DNA of 64,000 nucleotides from an uncultured Clostridium sp. (GCA_930990555.1 CAKNPW010000006.1:2833-66832), one strand, 5' to 3'. Shown: positions 49,674 through 60,552, numbered from the stretch's first letter. Program-made: numbers and translations. Notes: generated from the letters alone by a model not told the origin.

Positions 49674-51053
49674 ATGGATATATATTTTTATAACACATTA
49701 ACACATTCCAAGGATAAATTTAAACCTATAGATAAAAGAGAGGTAAAGATATATTCTTGTGGTCCAACAGTTTATAAAGATGCAACAATTGGAAATATGA
49801 GAACTAATATTTTTCAAGATAATTTAAGAAGAACATTAGAATATAATGGTTTTAAAGTAAAACAAGTTATGAATATAACAGATGTTGGACATTTAGTTTC
49901 TGATGGTGATACAGGTGAAGATAAGATGATAAAATCAGCTAAGGAAGAGGGGAAAACACCTTTAGAAATTGCAGATTACTATACCAAATTATACTTTAAA
50001 GATTTAGATAGATTAAATATAGAACTTCCTGAAATAATTTGTAAAGCGACAGAGCATATTCAAGACATGTTAAAAGCGGTAGAAACATTAGTCAAAAAAG
50101 GTTATGCCTATGAAACATCAACAGCTATATATTTTGATATATCAAAATTAAATAAATATCCAGTATTATCAAATTTAGATTTAGAAAACCAAAAAGCTGG
50201 AGCTAGAGTAGAAGTTGACGGGGAAAAAAGAAATCCACATGATTTTGCCATATGGATAAAAGCACCAGAAAATCATCTTATGAAATGGGATAGTCCGTGG
50301 GGGCCAAGTTACCCTGGTTGGCATATAGAATGTTCAGTTATGAGTCAAAAATATTTAGGTGAAGTATTTGATATTCATACAGGAGGGATTGATTTAATAC
50401 CAACACATCATGAAAATGAAATTGCACAAAGCAAAGGTTTATATGGAAAAATTCCAGCACATTATTGGATGCATGGTGAATTTTTATTAATAAATGGTGG
50501 AAAAATGTCAAAAAGTTTAGGAAATGTATATTTATTACAGGATATAGTAGATAAAGGATATGATCCATTAGTATATAAACTATTTTGCTATTCAATACAA
50601 TATAGGAAAAAATTGAACTTTACGTGGGAAGGAATGGATGCTGCTAAAACATCTTTAGATAGATTAAGAGATGCATATCAAAAACATTTACATGGAACAG
50701 AAGATATATCAGAGGAAGATATAAATAAATATGAAAAAGAGTTTAATGGAGCAATAAATGATGACTTAAATATGCCAGTAGCAATGAGTGTTGTATGGGA
50801 AGTAGCAAAAAGAACAGAAAAATCTAAAAGATTAGCAGAATTGTTAAAAAGATTTGATAAAGTTTTAGGTATTAAAATTGATGATTATAAGAAAGAAGAA
50901 ATACCAGAAGATATTAAAGAATTATTAACGAAAAGAGCAGAAGCAAGAAAGAATAAAGACTGGAATGAATCAGACAAATTAAGAGACATAATAAAAGAAA
51001 AGGGATATATTGTTAAAGATTCAAAAGAAGGTCAAACAGTAGAAAAAATCTAA
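49674..51053 (+). CDS. cysS: Cysteine--tRNA ligase
   Basis: IYSCGPTVYKDATIGNMR, HIECS, KMSKSLGN. Confidence 0.95.
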   Translation: MDIYFYNTLTHSKDKFKPIDKREVKIYSCGPTVYKDATIGNMRTNIFQDNLRRTLEYNGFKVKQVMNITDVGHLVSDGDTGEDKMIKSAKEEGKTPLEIADYYTKLYFKDLDRLNIELPEIICKATEHIQDMLKAVETLVKKGYAYETSTAIYFDISKLNKYPVLSNLDLENQKAGARVEVDGEKRNPHDFAIWIKAPENHLMKWDSPWGPSYPGWHIECSVMSQKYLGEVFDIHTGGIDLIPTHHENEIAQSKGLYGKIPAHYWMHGEFLLINGGKMSKSLGNVYLLQDIVDKGYDPLVYKLFCYSIQYRKKLNFTWEGMDAAKTSLDRLRDAYQKHLHGTEDISEEDINKYEKEFNGAINDDLNMPVAMSVVWEVAKRTEKSKRLAELLKRFDKVLGIKIDDYKKEEIPEDIKELLTKRAEARKNKDWNESDKLRDIIKEKGYIVKDSKEGQTVEKI

Positions 51054-51078
51054 GAAATATATGAAAACTAGAAAATAC

Positions 51079-51108
51079 TTGCAAAAAGCATATTTGTTAT
51101 GTTATAAT
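51079..51108 (+). promoter_or_regulatory. Candidate promoter of rpsB
   Basis: TTGCAA-18 nt-TATAAT, about 115 nt upstream of the rpsB start. Confidence 0.55.
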
Positions 51109-51224
51109 AATACTCGTTGAAAAAACACATAAAGCTAATTTGCGGATAGTGCTTTACAATACAGTAAAGTTTCCAAAAATGTTGATACTTTATGGAAGAT
51201 TAAAACTAAGAGGAGGAATTTAAA

Positions 51225-51998
51225 ATGGCAGTAGTTGCAATGAAACAATTACTAGAAGCAGGTGTTCATTTTGGACATCAAACAAGAAGATGGGATCCGA
51301 GAATGGCAGAATATATTTTCCAAGCTAGAAATGGTATCCATATTATCGATTTACAAAAAACATCTAAAAAATTAGACGAAGCATATAGCTTTGTTAAAGA
51401 ACAAGCAGAAGAAGGAAAAACAATTCTTTTTGTAGGAACTAAAAAACAAGCTCAAGAATGCGTAAAAGAAGCAGCAGAAAAATGCGGAATGTATTATGTA
51501 GACCAAAGATGGTTAGGAGGAATGTTAACAAACTTCAAAACTATCAGAACAAGAGTAGAAAGATTAAAAGAATTAGAAAAAATGCAAGAAGATGGAACTT
51601 TCGAAGTTTTACCTAAGAAAGAAGTAATCGTTCTTAAAAAAGAAATGGAAAAACTAGAAAAGAACTTAGGAGGAATAAAAGAAATGAAAGAGCTTCCAGG
51701 AGTTTTGTTTGTAGTAGATCCTAAGAAAGAAAGAACAGCTATATTAGAAGCAAAAAAATTAAATATTCCAGTTGTAGGTTTAGTAGATACTAACTGCAAT
51801 CCAGAAGATGTAGACTATGCAATTCCTGGAAATGATGATGCAATAAGAGCTGTTAAATTAATAGCAGATGTAATTGCAAATGCAGTTATAGAAGGAAATC
51901 AAGGAGAAACTTTCGAAACATCAGCTTCAGAAGAACAAGTAGCTGAAAATACAGAAAAAAGTATGGAAGAAGTTGCTGAAGAAGCAGTAGAAGAATAA
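51225..51998 (+). CDS. rpsB: 30S ribosomal protein S2
   Basis: [22 protein letters not shown]. Confidence 0.95.
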   Translation: MAVVAMKQLLEAGVHFGHQTRRWDPRMAEYIFQARNGIHIIDLQKTSKKLDEAYSFVKEQAEEGKTILFVGTKKQAQECVKEAAEKCGMYYVDQRWLGGMLTNFKTIRTRVERLKELEKMQEDGTFEVLPKKEVIVLKKEMEKLEKNLGGIKEMKELPGVLFVVDPKKERTAILEAKKLNIPVVGLVDTNCNPEDVDYAIPGNDDAIRAVKLIADVIANAVIEGNQGETFETSASEEQVAENTEKSMEEVAEEAVEE

Positions 51999-52009
51999 TA
52001 AATAAGAAG

Positions 52010-52071
52010 GTGAGAAAGTATAAAATATTAATTAAATCTAGAGATTGATGTTTTACATTCTCACTTTTTTT
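52010..52071 (+). terminator. Hairpin plus T7 tract between rpsB and tsf (partial terminator or attenuator)
   Basis: GTGAGAAAGTATAAAA ... TTTTACATTCTCAC followed by TTTTTTT. Confidence 0.55.
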
Positions 52072-52121
52072 AGATAAATTAGAAAAAACTATAGGGTATA
52101 TAAATAAAAGGAGGAATTAAA

Positions 52122-53000
52122 ATGATTACAGCTGCTCAAGTTAAAGAGTTAAGAGAAAAAACAGGTGCAGGAATGATGGACTGCAAAAAAGTTTTAACAG
52201 AAACAGAAGGAGATATGGAAAAATCTATAGAATTATTACGTGAAAGAGGTATAGCAAAAGCTGCTAAAAAATCTGGAAGGGTTGCGGCAGAAGGATTAGT
52301 TGAATGCTATGTTTCAGAAGATGGAAAAGTTGGAGCTATAGTAGAAGTTAATGCAGAAACTGACTTCGTAGCTAAAAACCAAGAATTTAAAGATTTTGTT
52401 ATGGATGTAGCAAAACAAATAGTAGAGAAAAATCCAGCAAATGTAGAAGAATTATTAGCACAAGAATCAATTACAGAAGCAGGAAAGACAGTTCAAGAAG
52501 TATTAACAAACAAAATAGCAACAATTGGGGAAAACATGAATATTCGTAGATTTGAAAGATTTGAAACAACAGGTTTAATAGAAAAATATATTCATGGAGA
52601 TGGAAAAATAGCTGTTTTAGTTGAATTAACAAATGGAACAGCTGAGCTTGCTAAAGATATTTGTATGCAAATTGCGGCAGCAAGACCAGAGTTTGTTAAA
52701 GAAACAGATGTACCAGAAGAAAGAGTACAAAAAGAAATGGAAATTTTAAAAGTACAAGCTATGAATGAAGGAAAACCAGAAGCAATAGCTGAAAAAATGG
52801 TACAAGGAAGATTAAGAAAATTCTATGAAGAAATTTGCTTAATAGACCAAGAATTTGTAAAGAATCCTGATAAGAAAATATCAGACATATTAAAAGAAAA
52901 CAATGCAGATGTTGTCAGATTTGCAAGATTCGAAAAAGGCGAAGGAATTGAAAAGAAAGAAGAAAACTTCGCAGAAGAAGTTGCAAAACAATTACAATAG
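52122..53000 (+). CDS. tsf: Elongation factor Ts
   Basis: MITAAQVKELREKTGAGMMDCKKVL. Confidence 0.95.
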   Translation: MITAAQVKELREKTGAGMMDCKKVLTETEGDMEKSIELLRERGIAKAAKKSGRVAAEGLVECYVSEDGKVGAIVEVNAETDFVAKNQEFKDFVMDVAKQIVEKNPANVEELLAQESITEAGKTVQEVLTNKIATIGENMNIRRFERFETTGLIEKYIHGDGKIAVLVELTNGTAELAKDICMQIAAARPEFVKETDVPEERVQKEMEILKVQAMNEGKPEAIAEKMVQGRLRKFYEEICLIDQEFVKNPDKKISDILKENNADVVRFARFEKGEGIEKKEENFAEEVAKQLQ

Positions 53001-53010
53001 AATATAGTAT

Positions 53011-53039
53011 AAAAGGGGCTAGAAAAATAGCCCCTTTTT
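53011..53039 (+). terminator. Terminator after tsf
   Basis: AAAAGGGGCT-agaaaaat-AGCCCCTTTT followed by T. Confidence 0.85.
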
Positions 53040-53132
53040 ACGATTTAAAATATATTTATTAAAAAAATCTTAAAAATATATACTTAATGTAATTATTTGT
53101 AGTATAATAATAAAGAATTTTAGGAGGGAGAT

Positions 53133-54326
53133 ATGGAAGAAAATAATTTTTCAAAAAGTATTTTTATAAAAAGCATTATATTGACTATATTAATAACAGC
53201 AGTAATAGCATCAATGGTAACAATTATAGTAATAAATAATGATGATTCAAGTTCTTTATTAGATAAAATAAATAGTAAATTGACAAGTATAGAACAAATA
53301 GTAGATGAGGACTATTTAGGTGAAATAGATGAAAATAAAATTTTTGACGAAACTTTGAAAGGATATGTGGAAGGTTTAGATGATGAATACTCACAATACT
53401 TTACAAAAGAAGAATTAGAAGAGTATAAAACAGATAATATAGAAGGAGAATTCGTAGGAATAGGTGTATACATAGTTCAAGATACAGAAAAGAATGCAAT
53501 AAGAGTATTGTCTCCAATTAAAGGCTCACCAGCAGAAGCTGTTGGAATTTTAACTGGCGACTATATAATTCAAATAGATGGAGAACCTTACACAGGAGAA
53601 CAGATTACAGAAGCAACCAATAAAATGAAAGGTAAAGAAGGAACAACTGTAAAAATTCAAGTATTAAGAGGAGAAGAAACTCTAGATTTTGAAGTAGAAC
53701 GAAAAAATGTACGAGTTAATCCTATAGAAGCTAATGTTTATGACAATAATATAGGATATATAAAGATTTCTAGTTTTGACCAAGGTTGTAGCACAGAGTT
53801 TACTACCAAATTACAAGAACTAAAAAATCAAAATATAGAATCATTAATTATAGATCTAAGAAATAATGGTGGAGGAATTGTTGACGAAGCAACCGCTATT
53901 GCAGATTTATTTACAGATAAAGGATCTACATTATTAATAACAAAAGATAAAGATGAAAATGAAGATATTACATATGCAAAGAATGATAGAGCAATTAGTA
54001 TTCCTATAATAGTTTTAACAAATGAGAATACAGCAAGTGCATCAGAGATATTAGCAGGAGCATTAAAAGATAACAATGTGGCCAAAATTATAGGGACTAC
54101 TACTTTTGGAAAAGGAGTAATACAAGAGTTATTAACAATGAAAGATGGAACAGGATTAAAACTTACAACAAACGAATATTATACTCCAAATAGAAGCAAA
54201 ATAAATAAAGTGGGTATAGAGCCAGATGAAAAAGTTGAATTACCTGATGAGTATAAAAATGCAATTACAGTACCACAAGAACAAGATACTCAATTAAATA
54301 AAGCAATAGAATTACTAAAAAAATAA
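53133..54326 (+). CDS. S41-family carboxy-terminal processing peptidase
   Basis: N-terminal TM, PDZ (SPIKGSPAEAVGILTGDYIIQIDG), DLRNNGGG, ASASEILAGALKD, GKGVIQ. Confidence 0.9.
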   Translation: MEENNFSKSIFIKSIILTILITAVIASMVTIIVINNDDSSSLLDKINSKLTSIEQIVDEDYLGEIDENKIFDETLKGYVEGLDDEYSQYFTKEELEEYKTDNIEGEFVGIGVYIVQDTEKNAIRVLSPIKGSPAEAVGILTGDYIIQIDGEPYTGEQITEATNKMKGKEGTTVKIQVLRGEETLDFEVERKNVRVNPIEANVYDNNIGYIKISSFDQGCSTEFTTKLQELKNQNIESLIIDLRNNGGGIVDEATAIADLFTDKGSTLLITKDKDENEDITYAKNDRAISIPIIVLTNENTASASEILAGALKDNNVAKIIGTTTFGKGVIQELLTMKDGTGLKLTTNEYYTPNRSKINKVGIEPDEKVELPDEYKNAITVPQEQDTQLNKAIELLKK

Positions 54327-54338
54327 AGGAGAAAGAAA

Positions 54339-55787
54339 ATGAAGCATGCACAACGTCAAAAGAAAAAGAATATTACAACACAAAGGAAACAAATTTATAT
54401 AATAATAACTATAATAACAATAATATTATTAACTGCAACAGGAGTTTTAGGAGTAAAAATTGCAAAAAATGGATTAACTTTAAAAGGCATGTTAATGACG
54501 AGCATAGGCCAAGATGAAACAGATATTCAAAATTTAGATCCATTTTATTGTTTAGTAATGGGAATAAGCGAAGATATCCAAGCTAAATTAACTGATACTA
54601 TTATGCTTTGTGCATATTATCCAAATGAACAAAAAGTATCTATTCTTTCAATACCAAGGGATACATTTGTAGGAAATAGCACAACTAGTGCTGATTCATA
54701 TGATAAAATAAATGCACTATATCAAACATCACCAGAAAAAACTCTAGAGGCAGTAAGAAATTTAACTGGGATAGATGTTAGAAATTATGTTGTAATTAGT
54801 AATAATGCATTACGAGATGTAGTTGATGCAATAGGTGGTGTGTATTTTGATGTTCCTATAGATATGAATTATGATGATACAAGTCAAAATTTGCATATAC
54901 ATTTAGACAAAGGATATCAATTATTAGACGGGGATAAAGCAGAACAATTAGTGCGTTTTAGACATAATAATAATAATACAACATATCCTTCAGAATATGG
55001 TACACAAGATATTGGAAGAATGAGAACACAAAGAGAATTTTTAAAAGCAGCAGCAAAACAAATTTTATCAGGAAATAATATTTTTAAAATAGATAATATA
55101 ATGCAAGTTATTTTTAAAAATATAGAAACTAATTTAAAAATGGAAGATATCATAAAATATGTTCCTTCAGCAACTGAATTTAATCCAGAAAACATACAAT
55201 CAGAGATGCTTCCAGGGGTAGCTGACTACATTGGAGTATTATCTTTCTATATAAATGATGAAGATGAAACTAATGAGTTAGTAAGTTCATTATTTGGTTT
55301 AACAGAAGAGCAAATAGAAGCTAATAAAGAAAAATTTGAAAAAGAAAGTGGAAAGAAAATACGTAGTACAACAAATACAAAAACAAATAGTAGTACAAAT
55401 AAAAATTCTAAAAAAACAAATGCTAATACTACAAATGCAAATTCTACTAAAAAATCTTCAAATACGAATACATCAGGAGGAAATACAAATACAGGTCGAG
55501 TACCTTCAGGTACAGCAGATGATAATACCGAAACAGGTAATAGTGGAAATGGCTCAGGAACAGGAAGTGGTTCAGCTTCTGGTTCGGGTTCTGGTAGTAA
55601 TCCAGGAAGTAGTTCTGGTTCTCAATCAGGTTCTGGTTCAGGAAGCGGTTCAAGTTCAGGAAGTGGATCTGGAGCTGGTTCAGGTTCTGAATCAGGTTCT
55701 GGTTCAACTTCTGGTAGTGGAACAGGAAGCAGTTCTGGCTCAGAAACAGAGCCAGAAAATGGTAATGAAGATACAACAACCGAATAA
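54339..55787 (+). CDS. LytR-CpsA-Psr (LCP) family protein with a long N/T/S then G/S-rich C-terminal tail
   Basis: TDTIMLCAYYPNEQKVSILSIPRDTFV, EQLVRFRH, RMRTQREFLKA. The tail is (GS)n-like. Confidence 0.9.
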   Translation: MKHAQRQKKKNITTQRKQIYIIITIITIILLTATGVLGVKIAKNGLTLKGMLMTSIGQDETDIQNLDPFYCLVMGISEDIQAKLTDTIMLCAYYPNEQKVSILSIPRDTFVGNSTTSADSYDKINALYQTSPEKTLEAVRNLTGIDVRNYVVISNNALRDVVDAIGGVYFDVPIDMNYDDTSQNLHIHLDKGYQLLDGDKAEQLVRFRHNNNNTTYPSEYGTQDIGRMRTQREFLKAAAKQILSGNNIFKIDNIMQVIFKNIETNLKMEDIIKYVPSATEFNPENIQSEMLPGVADYIGVLSFYINDEDETNELVSSLFGLTEEQIEANKEKFEKESGKKIRSTTNTKTNSSTNKNSKKTNANTTNANSTKKSSNTNTSGGNTNTGRVPSGTADDNTETGNSGNGSGTGSGSASGSGSGSNPGSSSGSQSGSGSGSGSSSGSGSGAGSGSESGSGSTSGSGTGSSSGSETEPENGNEDTTTE

Positions 55788-55794
55788 AAAAGAA

Positions 55795-55822
55795 AAAAGA
55801 GAACGATTTTGTTCTCTTTTTT
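55795..55822. terminator. Bidirectional terminator
   Basis: AAAAGAGAAC-gatttt-GTTCTCTTTT between convergent genes. Confidence 0.8.
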
Positions 55823-55829
55823 GAGATTA

Positions 55830-56453
55830 TTATTTAGTTAAATCAATAACTTTAGTTAGAATATCACCATATTTTTTTATTGCAGTTTCTCCTTTATTTA
55901 CTAAAAAATTATCAAGGGAAAGGTCTAATTTATCATATTTTTCAACTGAATTATTAATATTTTTATAAACTGAACTAATTATAGTTTTTTTCTTACCCGT
56001 TATTAAATCTAATGTGTCTTGTGCATTTACTTTTACAAGTCCAGTTACTTCATTAGGATCAAAATTAAAATCATTTCCTTCACCATTATATTCGCATACA
56101 TAAACATTAGAAAATGCTCTATCTCTAAACATAGAACCATCACTTTTGGGTTTGTCCATAGTAAAAGTATAAACATTTACAAGTTCAGCCTTTTCATAAT
56201 TTACATTAATTCCAATTTCTTCTTTAATTTCTCTTGCAAATCCTTGTCTTACAGATTCTCCAGCTTTAATATGTCCAGAAGCAGTAGTATATAGTTTATT
56301 AACGTCTGCTCTTATTTGAAAATAAACATTTCCATCTTTGTCGTATAGCCAACAATGTACTGTTTTATGCCATAGTGCATTTTTATGTACATTCTCCCTT
56401 GTTTCTTTTCCAATATAATTCCCATTTTCATCATAGATATCTAGATATTCCAT
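55830..56453 (-). CDS. NUDIX hydrolase
   Basis: Nudix box GHIKAGESVRQGFAREIKEEIGI. Confidence 0.88.
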   Translation of the reverse strand: MEYLDIYDENGNYIGKETRENVHKNALWHKTVHCWLYDKDGNVYFQIRADVNKLYTTASGHIKAGESVRQGFAREIKEEIGINVNYEKAELVNVYTFTMDKPKSDGSMFRDRAFSNVYVCEYNGEGNDFNFDPNEVTGLVKVNAQDTLDLITGKKKTIISSVYKNINNSVEKYDKLDLSLDNFLVNKGETAIKKYGDILTKVIDLTK

Positions 56454-56505
56454 ATTATTTTTCTCCTTCTAAAAATGTAGAACATGATTTCTTTTATTTA
56501 AGATT

Positions 56506-56581
56506 TGGTGCCATTGGGCAGAATCGAACTGCCGACCTTCGGGTTACGAATCCGCTGCTCTACCAACTAAGCTACAACGGC
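56506..56581 (-). tRNA. tRNA-Thr (CGT)
   Basis: Reverse complement: GCCGTTG-TA-GCTT-AGTTGGTA-GAGC-A-GCGGA-TTCGTAA-CCCGA-AGGTC-GGCAG-TTCGATT-CTGCC-CAATGGC-ACCA (76 nt). The anticodon stem has only 3 Watson-Crick pairs (G27-A43 and A31-C39 are mismatched). Confidence 0.75.
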
Positions 56582-56739
56582 ATAATATATCTAAAATATA
56601 GATTAAATTTTAAATACAGTTATAATTTTATACTCAAAAAAGAACAAAAGCAATAGTTTTTTAGTTATTTTATAGAAATTTCATAAATATTATGGTACAA
56701 TACTATGGATTACAAAAATAAAAAAAGAAGGAAGCAAAT

Positions 56740-57645
56740 ATGGGATTTTTTAGTAAATTAAAAGAAGGATTAAGTAAAACAAAAAATTCATTTGATGAAA
56801 AAATAAATAATGTATTTAGTCACTTTAGGAAAGTAGACGAAGAGCTTTTAGAAGAATTAGAAGAAGCTTTAATTATGTCAGATGTTGGAATGGATACATC
56901 ATTAGAAATAATTTCTAATCTAAGAGATAGAATAAAAAAAGAAAAAATAGAAGACGAAGAAGATGTAAAAAGAGTATTAAGAGAAGAAATGCTAAAACTT
57001 CTAGATGTGGGAAATAATGATCTAAAGTTAGAAACTACTCCATCAATAATATTAGTTGTAGGAGTAAATGGAGTAGGAAAAACTACTTCAATAGGAAAAA
57101 TTGCAAATAAACTAGTAAAAGAAGGTAAAACAGTAGTAATTGCAGCTGCAGATACATTTAGGGCAGCAGCAGTAGAACAACTAGAAATTTGGGCCAACAG
57201 AGTTGGATGTGAAATGGTAAAAAAGGATGAAGGGTCAGATCCAGCTTCTGTAGTATTTGATGCCATAAAAATTGCAAAAGACAAACAAGCAGATGTATTA
57301 ATTTGTGATACAGCAGGAAGACTTCACAATAAAAAATATCTAATGGATGAATTAGGAAAAATAAACAAAATAATAAATAAAGAATTGCCTGATGCAACAA
57401 AGGAAACATTATTAGTACTAGATGGAACAACAGGTCAAAATGCTATAATGCAAGTAAAAGCTTTTAAAGAAACTGTAGATATAACAGGTTTAGTATTAAC
57501 AAAGTTAGATGGAACTGCAAAAGGTGGAGTTGTAATAGGAATTGTTGCAGAAAATAAAATACCAGTTAAATTTATTGGTGTTGGTGAGCAAATAGACGAT
57601 ATGGAAAAATTTAATGCAGAAGATTTTGTAAATGCAATTATATAA
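56740..57645 (+). CDS. ftsY: Signal recognition particle receptor FtsY (short, NG domain only)
   Basis: GVNGVGKTTSIGKIA, DTAGRLHNK, TKLDGTAKGG. Confidence 0.95.
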   Translation: MGFFSKLKEGLSKTKNSFDEKINNVFSHFRKVDEELLEELEEALIMSDVGMDTSLEIISNLRDRIKKEKIEDEEDVKRVLREEMLKLLDVGNNDLKLETTPSIILVVGVNGVGKTTSIGKIANKLVKEGKTVVIAAADTFRAAAVEQLEIWANRVGCEMVKKDEGSDPASVVFDAIKIAKDKQADVLICDTAGRLHNKKYLMDELGKINKIINKELPDATKETLLVLDGTTGQNAIMQVKAFKETVDITGLVLTKLDGTAKGGVVIGIVAENKIPVKFIGVGEQIDDMEKFNAEDFVNAII

Positions 57646-57658
57646 TGGAGGTAAAAAA

Positions 57659-60511
57659 ATGGAAGAAAAAGTAGAAGCTAAACTACAAGTAAAACCTGAA
57701 AAGAAAACAAAGACTAGAATGTTATTAGTACTATTATTTTTAGTTATAGTAGCAATAATAGGATATATTGCCTTAAGAGGTGAATATTTAGAGTTATTAG
57801 AAATAGGAAAAAATTACACTTCTGTTTTTTGGCAAAATCTTACATATAAATCAGTAGCTTTTGGAATTAGTTTTGTAATATTATTTATTGTAATATATTT
57901 AACAAATAAAGGAATTAAAAAAGAATTAAAACAATTCTTTGATTCAGAAAAAAGACCAGTTCCTAAGCTATTAAATAAATCATTGGCATTAGTTGTTTCT
58001 ATTATAGGTAGTGCAATAATAATGAATGTGTTTACAGAAAATGCAATGTTATTTGTAAATAGTACTCAATTTGGTATAGGGGATCCTGTATTTAATTTAG
58101 ATATTGGATATTTCATTTTTCAAAAACCTTTTATAGAAATGATACTTATGCTTTTAATAAGTATAACGATAGGTGTTTTAATATATTCTGTTATATACTA
58201 TATAGTAACATTTAATGTATGTTTTGATGGTATAGATAGAAATACATTAAAACAAAGTAATTTAGTAAATAAAATTTTTAAATATATAAAAATAATGGTA
58301 GTATTCTTAGGTGTTTATATTATATTTAAAACACAAGATTTAGGAATTGATCAAAGTGTAACATTACAAGATGATGATTCAACAAGGATATATGGCGCTG
58401 GTTTAACAAGTGTTATAATTAAATTATGGGGTTATGTAATATTTGCAATATTAATGGTTGTAGCAGTATTTAAAGCTATTAAATTCTTTAAAGAAAAGAA
58501 AACCAAAAAAGTGGTAATATCATTAGTAACTATTCCAGGGTATTTATTAGCATTATTTATAGTAATGACTGTATTTCAATTTGCTTTTGTAAATCCTAAT
58601 GAACTAGATAGAGAAAAACAATATATAGAAGCAAATATTAGAAATACAAGAACTGCGTATAATATAAATATTCAAGAAAATGAATTAGATAGTTCTAACT
58701 ATAATAATTTAGATGTAGTAAATGAAAATACAGATACTATAAATAATACAGCAATTGTAAGTAAAGATATTACTTTAGATACTTTAAATGATAATCAAAC
58801 AAGTTCAAACTATTATAGTTACAGTAATTCGCAAATAGGAAAATATAATATTAAAGGAAATGACGAATTAGTTTATTTATCACCAAGACAAATAGAAAGC
58901 AGAAACAATACAAGTTATGATAATAAAACATACGAATATACACATGGGTATGGAACAGTAATTACATCAGCAACAGAGACTGATGAAACTGGAAATATGG
59001 AATACATTCAAAAATCATTTGATGGAAGTGATAATCAAATAAGTGTAACTCAACCTAGAATTTATTTTGGACTTGATGAAAATACACCAATAGTTACAAA
59101 TTCAAAGGATAAATCAGAATTTGATTATCCAAAATCTGATACAGAAACAGCACAGAATACATATGATGGTAAAGCTGGTTTAACAACAAGCTTTTTAGAT
59201 AGATTAGTTTTAGGAATAAGAGAAAAGAATTTAAATATAACATTTTCTTCAAGTATAACTAATGAAAGTAAAATATTATTAAATAGAAATATATTAGAAA
59301 GAGTTGAAAAAGTATTTCCATATGTAATTTATGATGAAAATCCATATCAAGTTATTACATCAGATGGAAGAATAATATGGGTAATAGATGGTTATACAAC
59401 AGCTTCTAATTATCCTTATTCACAAATGTCTGTTATAGAAAGAGAAGGAACAAGAGAAAGATTAAACTATATAAGAAATTCTGTAAAAGTTATAGTTGAT
59501 AGTTATAATGGAACAGTTGATTTTTATATTACAGATACAACAGATCCAATAATTATGGCATATAAAGAAATTTATCCAGAATTATTTAAAACGCAAGAAG
59601 AGATACCTCAAGATATATCAGCACATTTTGTTTATCCAGAATTTTTATATAATATACAAGCAGATATGTTAGAAAGATATCATAATGTAAAAGCAGATGT
59701 TTTATATAGAAGTAGTGATGTATGGGACAGAGCAACACATACAACAGGTCAAACATTAAGAACTACAGGAACACCAATAGACCCATATTATACAATGGTA
59801 AAAACAGTTGATAGTGAAGAATCACAATTAGGTTTAGTTTTACCATATACACTAGATGAAAGACAAAGCTTAATTTCTTACCTTGTAGGAACATATGATG
59901 AGAATGGAAATAGTAAATTAACTTTATATAAATATTCTGTAGATAGCAATATAATTGGACCAATGCAATTAGATACTCAGATAGAGCAAGATGAAGAAAT
60001 ATCATCAACATTACAAAATTTAAATGTTACAGGAACAAGATTAATAAGAAATATGATAATGGTTCCTATAGATAATACTATTTTATATGTAGAACCAATA
60101 TACCAAGTAATGTTGAATGAATCTGAAGTACCAGTACTTAAAAAAGTAATAGTTGCAGTAGGAAATAAAGTAGCAATAGGAAATAACCTAACAGAAGCAT
60201 TAAGAAATCTTGGTTCTCAATCTGCAATAAATATAGAAGTTTCAAATACTGATGATATTAATTCAATAATAGAAGAAATAATAAAAGCAAATAAAAATGT
60301 AGAGAATTCAACACAAAATAATGATTGGGAAATGATAGGTAGTGATATGGCAAGTTTACAATCACTAATTGATAGATTAGAAGAGCTAGTAACAGAGCAA
60401 AAAGAACAAAAGGAACAAGAAGCAAAAGAGGCTGATAGCACATCAAATGAAAACATAATAACTGATGATACAAATTCAATATATATGCAAGCAGTAAATG
60501 AAATTGAATAA
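57659..60511 (+). CDS. UPF0182-family large membrane protein
   Basis: 950 aa from MEEKVE (6 nt after GGAGGT). About 7 N-terminal TM segments, then a large extracytoplasmic domain. Family assignment is from memory of the architecture. Confidence 0.65.
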   Translation: MEEKVEAKLQVKPEKKTKTRMLLVLLFLVIVAIIGYIALRGEYLELLEIGKNYTSVFWQNLTYKSVAFGISFVILFIVIYLTNKGIKKELKQFFDSEKRPVPKLLNKSLALVVSIIGSAIIMNVFTENAMLFVNSTQFGIGDPVFNLDIGYFIFQKPFIEMILMLLISITIGVLIYSVIYYIVTFNVCFDGIDRNTLKQSNLVNKIFKYIKIMVVFLGVYIIFKTQDLGIDQSVTLQDDDSTRIYGAGLTSVIIKLWGYVIFAILMVVAVFKAIKFFKEKKTKKVVISLVTIPGYLLALFIVMTVFQFAFVNPNELDREKQYIEANIRNTRTAYNINIQENELDSSNYNNLDVVNENTDTINNTAIVSKDITLDTLNDNQTSSNYYSYSNSQIGKYNIKGNDELVYLSPRQIESRNNTSYDNKTYEYTHGYGTVITSATETDETGNMEYIQKSFDGSDNQISVTQPRIYFGLDENTPIVTNSKDKSEFDYPKSDTETAQNTYDGKAGLTTSFLDRLVLGIREKNLNITFSSSITNESKILLNRNILERVEKVFPYVIYDENPYQVITSDGRIIWVIDGYTTASNYPYSQMSVIEREGTRERLNYIRNSVKVIVDSYNGTVDFYITDTTDPIIMAYKEIYPELFKTQEEIPQDISAHFVYPEFLYNIQADMLERYHNVKADVLYRSSDVWDRATHTTGQTLRTTGTPIDPYYTMVKTVDSEESQLGLVLPYTLDERQSLISYLVGTYDENGNSKLTLYKYSVDSNIIGPMQLDTQIEQDEEISSTLQNLNVTGTRLIRNMIMVPIDNTILYVEPIYQVMLNESEVPVLKKVIVAVGNKVAIGNNLTEALRNLGSQSAINIEVSNTDDINSIIEEIIKANKNVENSTQNNDWEMIGSDMASLQSLIDRLEELVTEQKEQKEQEAKEADSTSNENIITDDTNSIYMQAVNEIE

Positions 60512-60552
60512 AAATTCCAAAAACACACACCATAATATTGGGTGTGTGTTTT

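Noticed and set aside
55521-55760. Short DNA repeats (ggttctggttca...), considered as a possible CRISPR or tandem non-coding array.
   Set aside because: The units are irregular and contiguous with no spacers, and they are in frame within the LCP gene. This is coding low complexity, not CRISPR. I found no CRISPR array anywhere in the window.
55336-55824. A 162-aa plus-strand ORF and a 110-aa minus-strand ORF overlapping the LCP gene tail.
   Set aside because: They are alternative-frame readings of the (GS)n-coding repeat (Q/V/L-rich nonsense). The LCP frame is continuous with conserved motifs upstream.
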